A DNA stretch of 64,000 nt from a virus (taxonomy: Duplodnaviria; Heunggongvirae; Uroviricota; Caudoviricetes). Below the pieces are notes generated by a model. The model searched no databases. It had not been told where the DNA came from and was given only the letters and a program-made list of their open reading frames with translations. The stretch's first letter is position 1, and every line of letters starts with the position of its first letter. Shown one piece after another: positions 63,952 through 64,000 of the stretch. The DNA is taken from IMG/VR virus record IMGVR_UViG_3300028832_002797; one strand, given 5' to 3'. Made by a program: the position numbers and the translations under genes.

Positions 63952-64000
63952 TGTAGCACAAGCATTCTTGTAGTAATTACTAGAAGTAGCAATAGATGAA

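Noticed and set aside
1-64000. tRNA genes, CRISPR arrays, integrase/att sites
   Set aside because: No cloverleaf-compatible GTTC(G/A)A T-loop with an acceptor stem was found in the ORF-free intervals. There are no direct-repeat/spacer arrays and no tyrosine or serine recombinase motifs in the window.

Overview
This 64-kb window is a densely packed block of phage replication and nucleotide-metabolism genes, almost all on the minus strand. Only two genes are on the plus strand (15706..16893 and 46117..47382). It contains no capsid, portal, terminase or tail genes, so it is probably the replication/accessory arm of a large (jumbo-type) myovirus-like phage with T4-like gene content but a different organisation.

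Genes I can recognise from sequence motifs:
- a family-B DNA polymerase split into two abutting genes (exonuclease + motifs A/B in one, motif C in the other);
- a UvsX/RecA-type recombinase;
- an NAD-dependent DNA ligase split at a domain boundary into two genes 27 kb apart;
- a ClpP protease and a translation initiation factor IF-1 homolog;
- two tandem GroES-like co-chaperonins;
- a tRNA repair/maturation set: class II CCA-adding enzyme, Pnk-like P-loop kinase, T4-type RNA ligase 1, calcineurin-like phosphoesterase;
- a bifunctional NMN adenylyltransferase/Nudix enzyme (NatV-like, NAD salvage);
- dCMP deaminase, dihydrofolate reductase, a FEN/RNase H 5'-3' exonuclease, and an HNH endonuclease;
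- flotillin (SPFH) and LemA homologs in a cluster of membrane proteins;
- an M16-type zinc peptidase and an HExxH zinc peptidase;
- an MFS transporter.

Two strongly AT-rich islands look horizontally acquired:
- about 25.6-28.3 kb: a zinc-finger/DUF559-type nuclease, a patatin-like phospholipase and two unknown genes;
- about 48.6-57.0 kb: an SF2 DEAH helicase, an NPPY methyltransferase-like gene, a PD-(D/E)xK-like gene and a gamma-class N6-adenine methyltransferase broken between motifs III and IV by three tandem paralogous small genes, followed by a second triplet of paralogs. Together these form a candidate, apparently undescribed, restriction-modification-like or defense/counter-defense locus.

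Intergenic regions carry a recurring cassette. It consists of a hairpin terminator followed by a conserved TTTTTCTATATT(A/T/G) promoter-like box, and one 35-nt copy occurs twice exactly. The box often ends only 6-8 nt before the ATG, which implies leaderless mRNAs.

A roughly 380-nt ORF-free, hairpin-rich region at 42.78-43.14 kb is a candidate non-coding RNA. I found no tRNA genes or CRISPR arrays by eye.
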